A stretch of 64,000 nucleotides of DNA from Mobula hypostoma (lineage: Eukaryota). Shown here piece by piece: positions 24,857-38,577 of the stretch. Position 1 is the first letter of the stretch, and each line of letters opens with the position of its first letter. Both the position numbers and the translations under genes were made by a program. Where the stretch lies: the NCBI RefSeq assembly GCF_963921235.1, contig NC_086097.1, positions 65,412,001 through 65,476,000 of the forward strand. Reading direction: 5' to 3'. The notes under the pieces are model-generated. The model was not told the DNA's origin. It ran no database searches and worked only from the letters and a program-made list of their open reading frames with translations.

Positions 24857-26461
24857 AAATGACAAGTTCTGAATGAGTGCAGAAATCAACACCAATATGG
24901 TGGTCAAAATAACAAATATTTTGGATACTCGCTGGACCAAAACAATTCTAGTTCAGAAGTGAAATTGGAATAACAAGCAGAAGCCTTGGCTTGCACTAAT
25001 GAAGACTAAATCTGTTTTAGGAACAAAGTATTGATCATAGTCACACAAGTTATTCAATGTCACTAAGATTGAATTTATGACAAGTGAGAAGACACTGGAG
25101 CAGAATCCAGCAACTCAATCAAAATCATGATACAACAATTGACATTTTCTGATTTAGTCACGACAAGACGACTCAGTGGAGCTCATCACCTAAGCAGACT
25201 GATTGATTCATACAGTAGAATGCTGGTAGAATTTAAGTCATTTCAATCACATTGATTGTTACTAGCTGTTCATAGTCTGTAGACAGCTCCAGGGTTGGTA
25301 AGCTGGACATTCTGCTATTGAAGAAATGCCATATACTTGCAAATTTTGTTGGATAGCCAAGACTCAATATGTGGACAATCTCAGATGAAAATACATTCTT
25401 CCTTTGTTGGTGGTTGAGGGTTAAAGCACTCATGATAGCTCAACAGCTCTGGTCTTCATAATCTTAAATTTGTGTGTCATGTTTACCTCAAAATATCCTG
25501 TGCCAATGTGAGGAAAACTTAAAATAAGTTTCAAGAGTTTGTTCTGTTTGGAATAATTAGAAAGGAATACAAACTGTACATGTGGCTAAGTATTATTAAA
25601 ATGATTTCACAATTCTAATCTGCTGTAAATACTGGACACCTTTACTATTTCTACCCAGTTCAAGAGAATAATAATAAATACATTGTGCCTGAGAATGAAA
25701 TGGATAGCCAATCTTTCAAAATTTCTTATTTTTAATACCTTTGACATCAAAACATAACCAGGGGTTTCTCAGTGACAATTTCCTTCAACTGTAATATTTA
25801 TAGATTAACTGTGGAAAGGACCATATTCCTAAGTATTTTGACAACAAAAATAAAGATGGGAATGGTTCCTAAAAATATTTCTGGAAGTTACGCAAGAAAG
25901 ATTCCAATCTCTAAATTTGATACACTTCAGAATTTCTAACATTATTTTAATTTTGGCATGACTAAGCACACAGATATGAACAATAATAATCATTTTATAT
26001 TGTTTCAGAATTATGTGATAAACTCAAAAGATGCTGAATACAGTTTAAAAACCTCTCCTTAAATGATGAGACCATAATCTTACACCTAGGTTTAATGATT
26101 TGGGAAAAAAAACAATCAAAACTATCCAGTTATTTTATATCAGATAGAAAACCAGTTGAAAGTCTCTTGGAAAAATATTCCAGGAACATTGAAATTTAAG
26201 TTAAGCAATCATGATAACCTCAAAAGATCTGGCCTTCATAATCTTTAATTTTTCTGTCATGTTTACCTTCATTAAGCCTGAAAACTTTTCATGCTGATGC
26301 AAGGAAAATTCAAAAAAGTTTCAAGTGTTTGCTCTGCTTGGAGTAATTAGAAAGCCACATGATCAGTTTATATTTCTGGATTTTTATTAAAAACAGTTTC
26401 AAGCCTGTCCGTCTGATGGGAATGAACAAGCCAGAAGTCAAAACAGCAGTATGGTACTTAC

Positions 26462-26539
26462 TGCTTTGCTGCTGATGCCATTTTGAAGGCATTTTCACAA
26501 AGATGTCTGAGTACCTTCGAAGTGGAGAGTGCCTCACAA
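26462..26539 (-). CDS. Candidate 78-nt symmetric internal exon of an unidentified gene
   Basis: Acceptor CCCTTGTTTTAATACAG|, donor GCA|GTAAGT; two open frames (CEALSTSKVLRHLCENAFKMASAAK or VRHSPLRRYSDIFVKMPSKWHQQQS). Protein not recognised. Confidence 0.35.
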
Positions 26540-28659
26540 CTGTATTAAAACAAGGGCCACATACTGAAATTAAGATGTCAACACAATGGTCAATAACATT
26601 GCTGCCCAATGATGCTTCACCGGTACAATGCAATGAGATTGCTCCAAGAGGAGTGCAACTCTGGATTTCAGTTCCCCAATGAATTCCCAAAGTCCTGCAA
26701 ATCATTCTCTCTCAAATACGATCCAGTTCCTTTTTGAAGATCAATTGACTGATTGCCCCAACCCCCACACATAGAAAATTCCAAGTTAAAACTGCTGCTA
26801 GTAAAATAGGCTTCCCTCACCTTTCAAGTCTTCTAACCATCATGAAGTTACTATCATAGAGAAAACGATGGGCTGGGGAGAACTGTGCAGCCAAACAATG
26901 TCTGGGGTGGCGGGTGGGGGGAAAGGCAGCTTCCACCGCATCTATCAGGAGCAGAGACTATGGGACCTGGATAGTCTGTCCACACACATTGAGAAGTTGC
27001 AGACTATCCCTGGCAAAGACATACTGGCCAGGGTACAGCCTTAAGCCCCACATCAAGGCAGTGAGCAGCCATACCACTTGCTCTGACTTGCTTGACATCA
27101 TTGGCAGCCACTCCACACTGAGACAAATTCTTGGCACCCAGGTTCCCAGTGCAGCAATGGAGAAGATAGGGGTAACCCAAAGAGTTCACAAGTAGGAATT
27201 TTGGCCACAGAAGATGCCTGCACTCCCAGAGTCAGAAAATCCATAACAATAGACTCCCGAAAGCTATTCATATGTATGCACTATACATGCATCAATGAGC
27301 AGGGGAGGACCTGTAAACTTGGAAAGGATCCTTTCAATACTGATTCCATTAGCACTCTCATTTCTGGAAAAGCACATAGCATGCTGAGCTAGGCACTGTC
27401 TTTTACCATTTTTTTTAAAATAGACTAGCCATTAACATCGTGATATATTAACATTGTGTTTGCAAGTCATAAGTTATTATAAAATTGACCTATTGTGCTT
27501 TCCAATATAGAAGTTGTAGTATTGTTTTATAAGAATCCAAAGTTTTGTTAAATTTCAGTATGCAAATCATGAAAGTTTAATCATTTTGGATTAGACATAC
27601 ACCAACACATTTCAGATTAAATTGGATAAATTTAATTTAAATAATTTATGACAATTAATCCTGTTATAATTTTGAATCTATTGTTTGTTTTAATATAGAT
27701 TTTTTATTTTATCACATTCCTATGTTTAAGACAAAAAAAAACTCCCTTCATGAAAACATCAAGGGGCAATTATTTTTAAATTGAAATTATAGCTCAGGTG
27801 GAACGGCAGTGTCAGGGAGATGCCATAACCATGAGGCCTGAATGGTTTTTAATTTTTGGTCCTTCTTTGCATCTGACTGGCCTTCTGTTACAACACAAAC
27901 CCAATGTATCTGCAGTTAAACTTTTCAACAATCTTTTGCTACCTCTCATTTTATCTCTCTGAGTTAAAATATGTACAGCAAAAAGAGAAGGTGAGAAGCC
28001 AACAACATTGTAAGACCGATGCAAGCAGAGCAAGAAAAGCATGGTATCACTCTGGAATACAATACCATGAGCATCAGTGAAAATGGGGCTATGGCTATGT
28101 TACTTGTGTTATACCCTGGTTTAAGACCTTGTTTTATTGTATTAATACATTTATGATGCTGGGTATTATATCTTCTGTGATTTTCTCAAAAAGCAATGTG
28201 TTCCTTTAATTACAATATACAATGTGTAATTCCGTCGATTCATAAGTTAGGTTTGTTGAATTAACCAATAGGATTTAGCTTGTTAATATTTGGCCAATAA
28301 AATGCCCCAGAATATCCTGGATCGACAGGAGGTAGCTATTTTCGAGAGAGTGAGAGTGAGAAAGAAGAAATAAGGAAAATTGAAACTGATAACACACATA
28401 ACAGAGGAACATGAACACATTTTGAAGGACAAATACTGCTGTTGGGAAATCTTCATGCAGTCTCGTGGATAATGTACAGATAACTTGTAATTAGCTAGTA
28501 ATCACACACCCTTGGAGAAAGTTTGAGATGCCTTTCAGCTAATATGTGTGTCATGGGCTCATTTCTTTATTTTGTTTGTTACAGTTTGAAATATTTTGTC
28601 AGTACAACTTTAATCTAATTATATACTGGCATATACAGAAGACAGTAAGTGGGAATAAC

Positions 28660-29660
28660 AATTTTCTGATTGGCTGCCAGTGACTAGTGGTTTTCTTCAG
28701 GGGTCAGTATTGGGATCGCTACTTGTCACATTCTTTGTCAATGATTTGGATAAGGGAATTGATGGCTTTGTGGCAAAATGTGCGGATGATAAGGAGATAG
28801 GCGGAGGGGTAGGTAGTGCTGAGGAAACAATGCAATTGCAGCAGGCCTTAGACAAATTGGAAGAATGGGCAAAAAACAGCAGATGGAATACAGTATTGGG
28901 AACTGCATGACAATGCATTTTGGTGAAAGGAACAATAATGCGGACTATTATCTAAATGGGGAGAAGGTTCAAACATCAGAGGTGCAGAGGGACTTAGGAA
29001 TCCTTGTGCAAGATTCTCAGAAGGTTAATTTACATGTTGATTCTGTGGTAAAGAAGGCAAATGCAATGTTTGCATTTATTTCAAAGGGATAGAATATAAA
29101 AGCAAGGAGAAAATGTTATAAAACACTAGTCAGGCTGCATTTGGAGTATTGGTAACAGTTCTGGACTCCACATCTCAGAAAGGATATGCTGTTATTGGAG
29201 AGAGTCCAGAGGAGGTTCCCGAGGATGATTCCAGAATGAAGGGGTGTTTGAGGAGCGTTTGGCATCTTTGGAATTTAGAAGAATGAGGGGGAATCACATT
29301 GAAACCTACTGAATGTTGAAAGGACTAGATGGGGTGGATGTAGAGAGGATGATTCTTATGGGGGAGGTATCCAGGACTAGAGGACACAGCCTCAAAACTG
29401 AGGGGCGACCTTTTAGAACAGAGGTAAGAAGGATTTTTTTTAGCCAGGGAGTAGTAAATCTGTGGATTGTTCTGCCACCATCTGCAGTAGGGACCATGTC
29501 TGTGGGTATATTTAAGGTGGTCAGTCAGGGCATCAAAGGATATGGTGAGAAGGCAGCTGTACAGGGTTAAGTGGGATCTGGGATCAGCCATGACGGAATG
29601 GTAGATCAAACTCAAGGGGCTGAATGGCCTAAATCTGCTCCTATGTCTTATGGTCTTATT
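28660..29660 (+). mobile_element. CR1 LINE 3' portion (older family)
   Basis: SG.LQGSVLGSLL, AKCADDK, ERVQRRF, RTEVRRIFFSQGVVNLW; 3' end CTGCTCCTATGTCTTATGGTCTTA. Confidence 0.9.
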
Positions 29661-30525
29661 GCTTTTTGGCAAACAGTAAATTTGCATGTGTGGTCTGTGT
29701 TCATATTAGTAACAATCCTACTTTTCCTTAAAAAGAATATTTAAACTTTTATGTTTTGTATTTACCCATGTTTATTTATTGGAAATGGCCTTCTCAACAT
29801 TATTCCCATACATTGTCGAGCTATGTTACTGTTAGTTTGTATTCACAGTAATAGCTAGCTCATTACAAGCCTACAGTGAGTGGGTTACATGCTTTTGTGG
29901 CTTGTTTGGAATGAATGCTGCATGAATGTTATACTTTGGCTGTATATTGATTGGATAGCCTGTATAGCCCGGGGCAACTTATTGGCCAAATGTTAGCAAG
30001 ACAAATCTTATTGGCCAATTCAACAAGCCTACCTTATCAATAAACTGAATTACACAACTGTATAATGTAATTAAAGGAACACATTGCATTTTGAGAAAAT
30101 CTGCAGAAAATAAAACACCCAAGAGCAGAGCTGTATTAATACAATAAAGCAAGGTGTTAAACCAGGGTATTACACTTGTAACCATTCATTTACCTTAGTA
30201 AATGTAGCAAAGTGACTTCAAGTTGAATTGCTAACAATGCCACATCCTAATGATCCCCCCTTCTGCTAGGTGAAATCTTCTTTCTCTCAACAAATCGAAT
30301 ATACCACTGATTAAGTTGATGTTAATGGAATTATGGTGAATTTCTACCTCACTGCTTCTTGTGGAGGGGATTACAGCTTTCAAGCACACAGCAAATAATA
30401 GTGGGAATCACAGACCAGAAGAGAACTAGGCAATAGGTGGCTGTCTCTTTTTCCAATTCTGCTGTGCAAGAAGTCAAGAGGCAAGCTAACCAGCTACAAG
30501 AAAAAAATCTTCTGGTCCCATGTTT

Positions 30526-30746
30526 AAAATGCAAACAACAGGAATTCTGCAGATGCTGGAAATTCAAGCAACACACATCAAAGTTGCTGGTGAACGCAGC
30601 AGGCCAGGCAGCATCTCTAGGAAGAGGTACAGTCGACGTTTCAGGTCGAGAGTCCTGACGAAGGGTCTCGGCCTGAAACGTCAACTGTACCTCTTCCTAG
30701 AGATGCTGCCTGGCCTGCTGCGTTCACCAGCAACTTTGATGTGTGT
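30526..30746. mobile_element. 221-bp fold-back Penelope pLTR element
   Basis: TSD TGGTCC(C/T)ATGTTT (30513-30525 / 30747-30759); 83-bp inverted arms 30569-30651 / 30666-30748. Confidence 0.92.
30651..30686 (+). ncRNA. Minimal hammerhead ribozyme at the fold-back apex (stem I mismatch)
   Basis: AGTC-CTGACGA-AGGGTCTCGGCCT-GAAA-CG-TC-AACT. Confidence 0.75.
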
Positions 30747-30959
30747 TGGTCCTATGTTTGCTAGTTTATGAGTTATTAGAAATTCCCAGCTTCATTGCTG
30801 AAAATATGAAGTAAGGTTATGAAATGTAGTTCTTTTGAGATAATAGAGGAGAATATTGAAGGAGCAGAGGAGAGATAGAAAACTAAGACCTGAGTTGCAC
30901 CAGTTTGCTTCCTAAGCTGTACCAAACATCAATCAAGCATTAACCATTCATGCAACAAC

Positions 30960-31065
30960 AGAACCTCTTAACCATCCTTTTATGCATCAAGTTGCTGCCA
31001 CGCGATTGGCTGATTAAATATTTGCATTAACAAGCAGGTGTACCGAATAAAGTGGCCACTGAGTG
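30960..31065 (-). mobile_element. Tc1-like element end fragment
   Basis: AATAAAGTGGCCACTGAGTG|TA; same TIR and subterminal sequence as 42871-43431. Confidence 0.75.
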
Positions 31066-32181
31066 TATATGGATTTTTAAGTTAAAATTTACAATTATTT
31101 AGTTGCTGTACCATTGTTATAACAATCTATATGACAATAAAATTTAAGTCAGATGCACTAAATTTCCCAGTGGAGCATTGGACTCCTCCATAAGTGCCTC
31201 CTTACACTGCTTGTGGGCTAATATCTTAAAGAATATAACTGCAGTGTGATATCATAATTTTACAGAGCATGAGAGGTTGGTTCAAAGTCCTTAACACTTT
31301 ACAAAAGACCACAGAAATATTTCTGGCAAAGCTGAGACAGTCAGGCACAAATCTCACTCCAAGGAACAAAACTATGATTTTCTCCTGGCACACTCAAGTG
31401 AAGCTTTAATATCACAGGTTATGACTTACGTGATCCAAATTTAGCTTTCAAATTTACATGTACATTTGTACTTACTGTACAAAGATGATTCAAAGATGTC
31501 TTCAGTTTAAAAATAGGCTCACATAGCTTTATCTGTCCATATATTCCCAACTGTTTTAACTGATAAGTATTAAATATTAAATTACAATTATCTTAAAACA
31601 TCAACCAGAAAGTAATTCAAAAATCAAGATAACAAAAACAAAATTATTTGATATGAATTGGTCCTGATTTAAGGAATGCCAGATAGTTGACTGTTATTCC
31701 TCATGTTGGAAATGGATGTAATCTGAATATCAATATTTCCAATCACTGGAGTTCAATATCCCTTATTACAGCTAAACTAAGTACAAATCTAACCAAGAAT
31801 AACAAACAATAGTTGATTAAATACACAATATTGTGGTCAATCAAAGATTGTGAACTCAACTTATGTAAACGCTGGGAATAGCATCAATTTTTGTTATGAT
31901 TCATTTTATACCACCAGCCTTATTGCATGGGAAAGTTTTCTCCCATGACAAACTGCAGAAAAGCTCTACAATTGTCTGGAGTTGTAGAGTGATTAAAATA
32001 TACCAGTATTTTCAGATCCACATTCAAATAGTAGACACATTGTGAAAAGGATATGCAAAATTTTCTTTGCCCTTGCATTCACAAAATTATACTGAAAAAC
32101 TTAGAATGTTTTTCTTACTGGGACTTGAATGTGATGTTAAAATTACCAAGTTTTGTTCAAAATGTCTCCCATATTAATATA

Positions 32182-33014
32182 CAGTTAATCTTAGTTAATT
32201 GGGACACATTAGGACCAGTACATTTTGGCCCAATTAAGTGGCTGCCCCAATTAACCAAAGTTTCATGGTCATAGTTAAAAACATAAAAAAGACAAACTAC
32301 TGTTTAACTAAATAACAAATTATGTCTTTAAATGAAATACAGAATAAATTAGAACACTGCCAATGCTACTACAGCACTATTAAACTGACGTTCCTAATAA
32401 TTATCAATGGAGGAACTCATCCAGTGTACACTACCATGTTGTTTGGATTGACTGTAAAACAAAATTTACAGTAAATGTACAGACAGCTAGTGCAGATAGT
32501 GGACTGTTTTCATACATTGCTTTTGACTATTCCTTCTTTCAAATCTTCATTTTCATTGTAATATTCAAGATGATTGTCAATACCTTCAAATCCTTCGTAG
32601 TTCCTAACTTGAAGATGTGAAATTGTTTCATTTTCACTACCAGCCATTTCACTCATCTCCAAGCCTGAATACTTGAAACCACAGTGAGTAAAACAGTTCT
32701 AAATTGTCTTACTGCTTATTTCTTGCTAACTACCAGGAAAAAAATCACTCCTTTTTAAACACAAACATCCCCAACTGACTACTTAAAAACTGTTCACTCT
32801 AAGCATGGAGTAGTGTTTAGCGGACATACACGTGCATGTGACTGATGCTATAGAAACTTTGGCAACAGTCTCCTGTTCCAATTAAGTGGCAAAGTGTCCT
32901 AATTAAATGAAGGGAATCTTGGCTATTTTCTCAATTGGTGTTTATTCTTCAAGAATTGTCCCAAATAAGTGGGTGCCCCGATTAACTAAAGGTCCAGTTA
33001 ACTGGAATCCACTG
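32182..33014. mobile_element. Non-autonomous Tigger/pogo-like DNA transposon
   Basis: TA-flanked imperfect TIRs (CAGTTAATCTTAGTTAATTGG / CCAGTTAACTGGAATCCACTG) with repeated subterminal CCCAATTAA motifs. Confidence 0.7.
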
Positions 33015-33124
33015 TATTTGATATTTTGCCACAGAAGATGATGCTAAGTGATACAAAAAGTTAGTTTGATAACAAAATTCCATATAGATATAATGCAATA
33101 TATTATTTACATTGAAACATGTAG

Positions 33125-33335
33125 GTACAAAGGAGATGTCAGGGGCAAGTTTTTCCACACAGAGTGGCGGGTGCATGGAATGCATTGCTGGCGACAGTGG
33201 TAGAGGTGGATACAATATTGTGCATGGAGCTTAGAAAAACAGAGTAATTCTAGACAGTTTCTACAGTAGGTTACATGGTCAGCACAATATTGTGGGCTGA
33301 AGGCCTGTAATGTGCTGTAGATTTCTATGTTCTAT
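33125..33335 (+). mobile_element. CR1 3' fragment
   Basis: DVRGKFF.QR..GAWN remnant and GGCCTGTAATGTGCTGTAGATTTCTATGTTCTATG tail. Confidence 0.8.
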
Positions 33336-35559
33336 GGAACATTGTCTCTCTATCCCCGGAAAATAATGTGTGTTGACTAATGTTATATATTACCAATCCA
33401 CGTAAGTCTGTCTTGCATATATAGAGAGCATTGTGAAGTGGGTGTCACTAACACTGAAGGAGTCATTACAGAGAGTATACATGATGTATTTCCTTTGTGT
33501 TTGCTTGTCAGAAGTTATACAACAACTAATTGACTGTAACAGGTTACTGATTAGAAAGCACATTGGCCTGTGAAAAAGAACCAGCAATTTAATTAAGTTC
33601 TTGAAAAATCCACATTAAAACTACACGTTGTTTAATAGAATAAGTTTAGGCTGAGACAAATGCAGATTGTTCAGCAGCACAATAGTTTTAACATGCTTGG
33701 GCAGGAATTGCTGGAATAGAACAAAGGGAAAATCTGGTCTGGGAAACTTGACACCCATAAAAAAATTAAAATTGATATAATATGCAGTTGGTGTTCATCC
33801 TTCTTATTTTATTGGCTGATTTGTCTAATTCAGTTATTTATTCCAAAGCATAGAAAACAAAACATCCTGTCTTTTTTTTTCAGTTGTGTACTTATAAATT
33901 AAAAATTCAAATAGGAAAAATAATCCTGGCATGCACTTTATTTTAATGTGCTACAAATACACTATGATAGCTATTTAATATCAGCTTGCAGATTTGCTGA
34001 TTTTAATAAAGTGCGTTCATGAATGAATGAATGAACTTGTATTTAACATAGTGCCCTTCACAACCTCTGGATATCCCAAAGCACTTCACAATCAATTATG
34101 AACTTAAGAAGTGCTATTTATGTTATCCACTGTAGCAAGGGAGGAAATTAGATGAGGTAGCTCCTTTTCTTGCACAGCTTTTCTAAGAGCAGTACAGGAT
34201 GCCAACATTGTATCACAATTCAAAAACAAAATCCAAAGTCAGCAAAGCTCTCTGCAGGAAATTCAGCAGGCACTTATTTTTCCCCCTCTGAGCTCATTGC
34301 AAACATATCAGAGGAGAATCTGCTGGAAGCCTAATGTGATAGTAGAAAAACTGGAGTACTTCAGAGATGATTTTTTTTGTCCCAAGGCAGTTCCAGGAAA
34401 CTACTTATAGCAGAGCTTAATCCAGATGTAGTTATCAACTAAGCTAAAGACTTTGATACAGTCAACAGAAATAATTCATGCGTTATTCTACCCAAAATAG
34501 TTCATCTACTCTATAAATGAGCATCTAATGACCAAATGTGAATTCAGTCAAAATGTGAAGTTTTTCCATGGAGTTAAGCAAGTCTACTTCGTTGCCCCAG
34601 TACCTGTTCTTTGCTTCTGAACTTAATCATGGAACAACTGACTTAGATCAGGAGACATCCATTGTTTTTAAGTTAATGGTATGCTAAAATGTTTACATTA
34701 AGAGAATTAATAAATTGACTAATAAATTAATGCATTTAAGAGATTTGTGAATTAATAAATAAATAATCAGTCACTTGAAAGAAGCATTGAAATTTGCAAG
34801 GGCACAGCCTGCACTGTGGGTGGGAGACATCAATGTCCATTCAATAGGTTCAATAGGTACATTAAATGTCAGAGAAATGTATACAATATGCATCCTGAAA
34901 TTCTTTTTCTTCGCAAGAGCAGCTTGATATAACCAGCTTTGGCTGCAGCAGGTGATGAATGCATCAACATCAGGTATAAACCTACTTATCTACCTGTGCA
35001 AATCAATATGTTCATGATTGTATTTGTAAAAGTAACAGAAGCCAGTCTCCAGTCAATTTTATTTACTCCCACCTGACACAAAATGGCTGGAAGTACTGGA
35101 AAGGGCAAAAGGCCTGATGATATTATAGCTGTACACATGAAGACTTGCACACCGAAACTAACTGTTTCAGTACCATTTTAAAATTGGAATCTACCAAACA
35201 ATATGAAAAGTTGCCCAAGTATGACCTGCTCACAAACAGCAGGACAAATCCACTGTAACTGGTTAACACCCAAACAGTCTACTCTCCATCATCAGCAAAG
35301 TGATGAAACCTATCATCACAGTGCAATCAAGTGCAGTTACTGAGCTTCTGAATGATATTCAGTCAAATTTCACCAGCAGCTCTTTACTTTAGACCTCATC
35401 ACAATCTGGGTCCAAACATGAACTCATTGACCACCTCAGAACCAATAAATGTAGTGGAAGCAGACCATACCTGATCCTGAGACACTTCCTATAAAGAAGG
35501 ATAATCCATTGACCTTTGTTGTCCTCAGACATCCCTAATTTACCATATCTCTGCTTGCC

Positions 35560-35995
35560 TTTGTACCACAATTCAGAAATCTGAGATAATTCATCTGCAG
35601 CCTGAGTCCTAACTCACATCAGATCCAATTCAGTCATTCTTTAGTGTGCTGTTTTTAGCTAGGTATTTGTCTAGGTTTATTTAGAATCCCTGATCCTCTT
35701 TTATACCCATTCATGCTGTTGCTATATTTTCTCAGAAGTTTTCTACCCTTCATTCCTCCAAGTCTGGTCCCTTGAACTCTGAATTAATCTCTCCATCAAT
35801 GGTGACTGTGCCAATGAATTTGTTTCTCCCCACTTCTTCCCACCAGGAAAACTTGACTTTCTAAATACAGTTTGGACATCTGCCAAATTAATCTTTATGT
35901 GAATCAGTACCAGGTAATGCCTAATAATACTTCTGTGAAGTGCCTTGGGATATTTTGCCACATTCATACAAACATTGAAATACATTTTTTTGTTA
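35560..35995 (+). mobile_element. Ancient L2-type LINE 3' end
   Basis: 3' motif CTTCTGTGAAGTGCCTTGGGATATTTTGCCACATT...; a related tail occurs on minus at about 34030-34110. Confidence 0.5.
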
Positions 35996-38577
35996 ATGTA
36001 ACTTTTTAAAGTTGAGGGTTATAGTATCATAAATACTCAGTTTGTTTTGGGCAGAAACTTTCCGCTCTCCCATTGCAAATATGTAGTAAGGATTCTCAAT
36101 CATATCAGCTCATCTAATCATGAAATATATTTCTTCTTTGTCTGAGACTTATAGAAAGGTATTTGTGTTGCAATGCTTTCTCAATTACATCTTCAATGAT
36201 ACAAATTCAAAACTTTCCAAAGCAAACCTTTCTTTCTAAAGTGCTATTAAGTAATATACAGATTCAGCATGTGGTGAGATTATTTACCAAGGAAGAAGGT
36301 GATGACATTTAGCAATAGGAGCTGGCTGAGTGACATTATACAAACACAAGTATTCACCCTTAACGTTATTTGATCCATCTCGCTAAACTGACTACTAAAA
36401 ATACACTTAAACAATGATATATAAACTCTACGTTTATCTACACCATTAATGTATGGAACTGAAAAATACTCTCCTTTACACATTCTAAAGATAAAACTCA
36501 ATATAAATTAGTAAAAATTCCCACATTAAACTAAAGCTTTATGTAGTTGAAGGTGGTGTATAATAAATTGGAAAGTGTTGGCTTTTATTCAATGAAAAAA
36601 CAACATGTTAATAGTTACATAAATCCCATATATTAGCTAAGATCAGTACCTGAAGTTAAGACATGCCATGAGGTAAGTCAAACACTATACCATTAATGTG
36701 TATGGGAGGGCAAAAAGTACTTGCATAACTACATTTTCTATAAGTGATTGGTAATGTACTGTATCACCCACTATTGTCATATTATTTCTCTCATTATTTG
36801 TAGTTTATTCTCAAACTCTTCAAACCTTCAGTATCAACTCACTTGATCTCCATCCTTGGAAGTTCTTGGATGTGCTTGTCCAAATCTTTTCTTTAAATTT
36901 ATTGATTAATGAAAATTTCATGCTATTTATCCCATCTATTACATGTATTTCAATATAAACAGCTATGTATTTCCAACTTTTTTACACCCCCCATAGTATC
37001 CCATTTATCTTGTTATGTTTTAATTTCATTTATGGTCCATATTTCTTAATTGCTTCCTTTTATCTTTGTTTAGTATATCCTTTGTCAGAGATACCCTTTA
37101 TGAATTAGCTTCAGCTGCTTGCTCCCTTAAATTGCTCATCTGTCTATATGTTGAAAATCTCTAGTCCAGCACCCTTGCGATCTGTCTGGTGCCAGACCAC
37201 AGAAAATCTGGACCACAGAAATTGCTCCCCAATAATCATCCTTCAAGAGAACTGATTTTTCTAAGTATATACACCTCTATGTTACATAAGGGTTCCAAAA
37301 CTGCCAGTTGTCCAATGTTTCCGTAGATCAGAAGTGCTGTTGGCTCAGATCATAAAATTGTAATGGTAGATTAATTAGCCATAGGTTAGTATTCACCCTA
37401 GTTAATTTTTGATATTGGTTAGATCTTATTTCAAATTAGTTTATCAGTAAAGATCTGTACCACAATTATAAACATGCTGAACCAAATTCTTGGATGAACT
37501 TGCCAGAATGAACTCAAGCTGATAAAGCCATTCCCACAAGAAACCCTGTAAGAAATTTCAAGACATTCTCCAATCATAACTACAAGATGTATTGCAAGGC
37601 TTAATACTCTTCTCAACACATAGAGAATATGAGCACAGATTCAGAACTGAACAACAAACAGTTGACTCTTATTGTTGATTATATGTCAAAATCAATATTT
37701 CTAACAGCACGATGCTTGTCACAAGGAGCTGTCTCACGTGGGTTGTCCCTCAACACATCCATACTTGCTTATCATCTATGCCTAAACATCACTTCTCACA
37801 TCCAACTTTGCATCATATTCTTCTCTAATAGGGCAGGTACAAGGTTTGGCTCAAGACCAAATGAAATTCCTCTGCAGTGTACTAACTCACACACCAGAGG
37901 GGGAGTTGAGAATCCTTGCATTTGAGCAGCAACTAACTTGTAACATAAATATCTGTCAACGTTTATCAAATAAATGTTATACTTTTACAGATGGCTGAAG
38001 AACACTAATGAGATTAGTTAATAAGATTTAAGAGGATTGTAGATGAGTTCATGATATATTGATGATCAGTCAACTAAAAACATCAAAAAACGATCTGAAA
38101 CATTGACAGTTCTTTCCTCCCCAGCCCCCACCCCACAGATGCTGCTTGACCCATTGAATTCCTCCAACACATTGTCTGTTGCTCCAGATTCTGGCAACTC
38201 TGGTCTCTTGAGTCTCAATGGAAAACAATTATCAGTTACTTCTTTTACATTTCAAAGGATTTGGTTAGCAATAGGCTCTACTAAATCTGGAATGAATCAA
38301 TAATCATAGATCATACTAATATCTAAGTAAAAATAAATCTGCATGGATTTTTAAGCAAGCGTCTTGATCTGTTCCCACTTGACATTCTGATGAGTTAAAA
38401 AACAAGGCACCCAACTTAGAGGGGCAAGTTGCGTCCAAAATTCTTGCTATGATAGAAAACAAAAGGTAATAGCCAATGGGTATTGCAGTAACTGAAAGCA
38501 TGACACAAAATTTTGTATCACACCCCTTGAGCTTCATGGTAGATTTAAATTTAAATCTTTAAAAAACCATCAATAAG

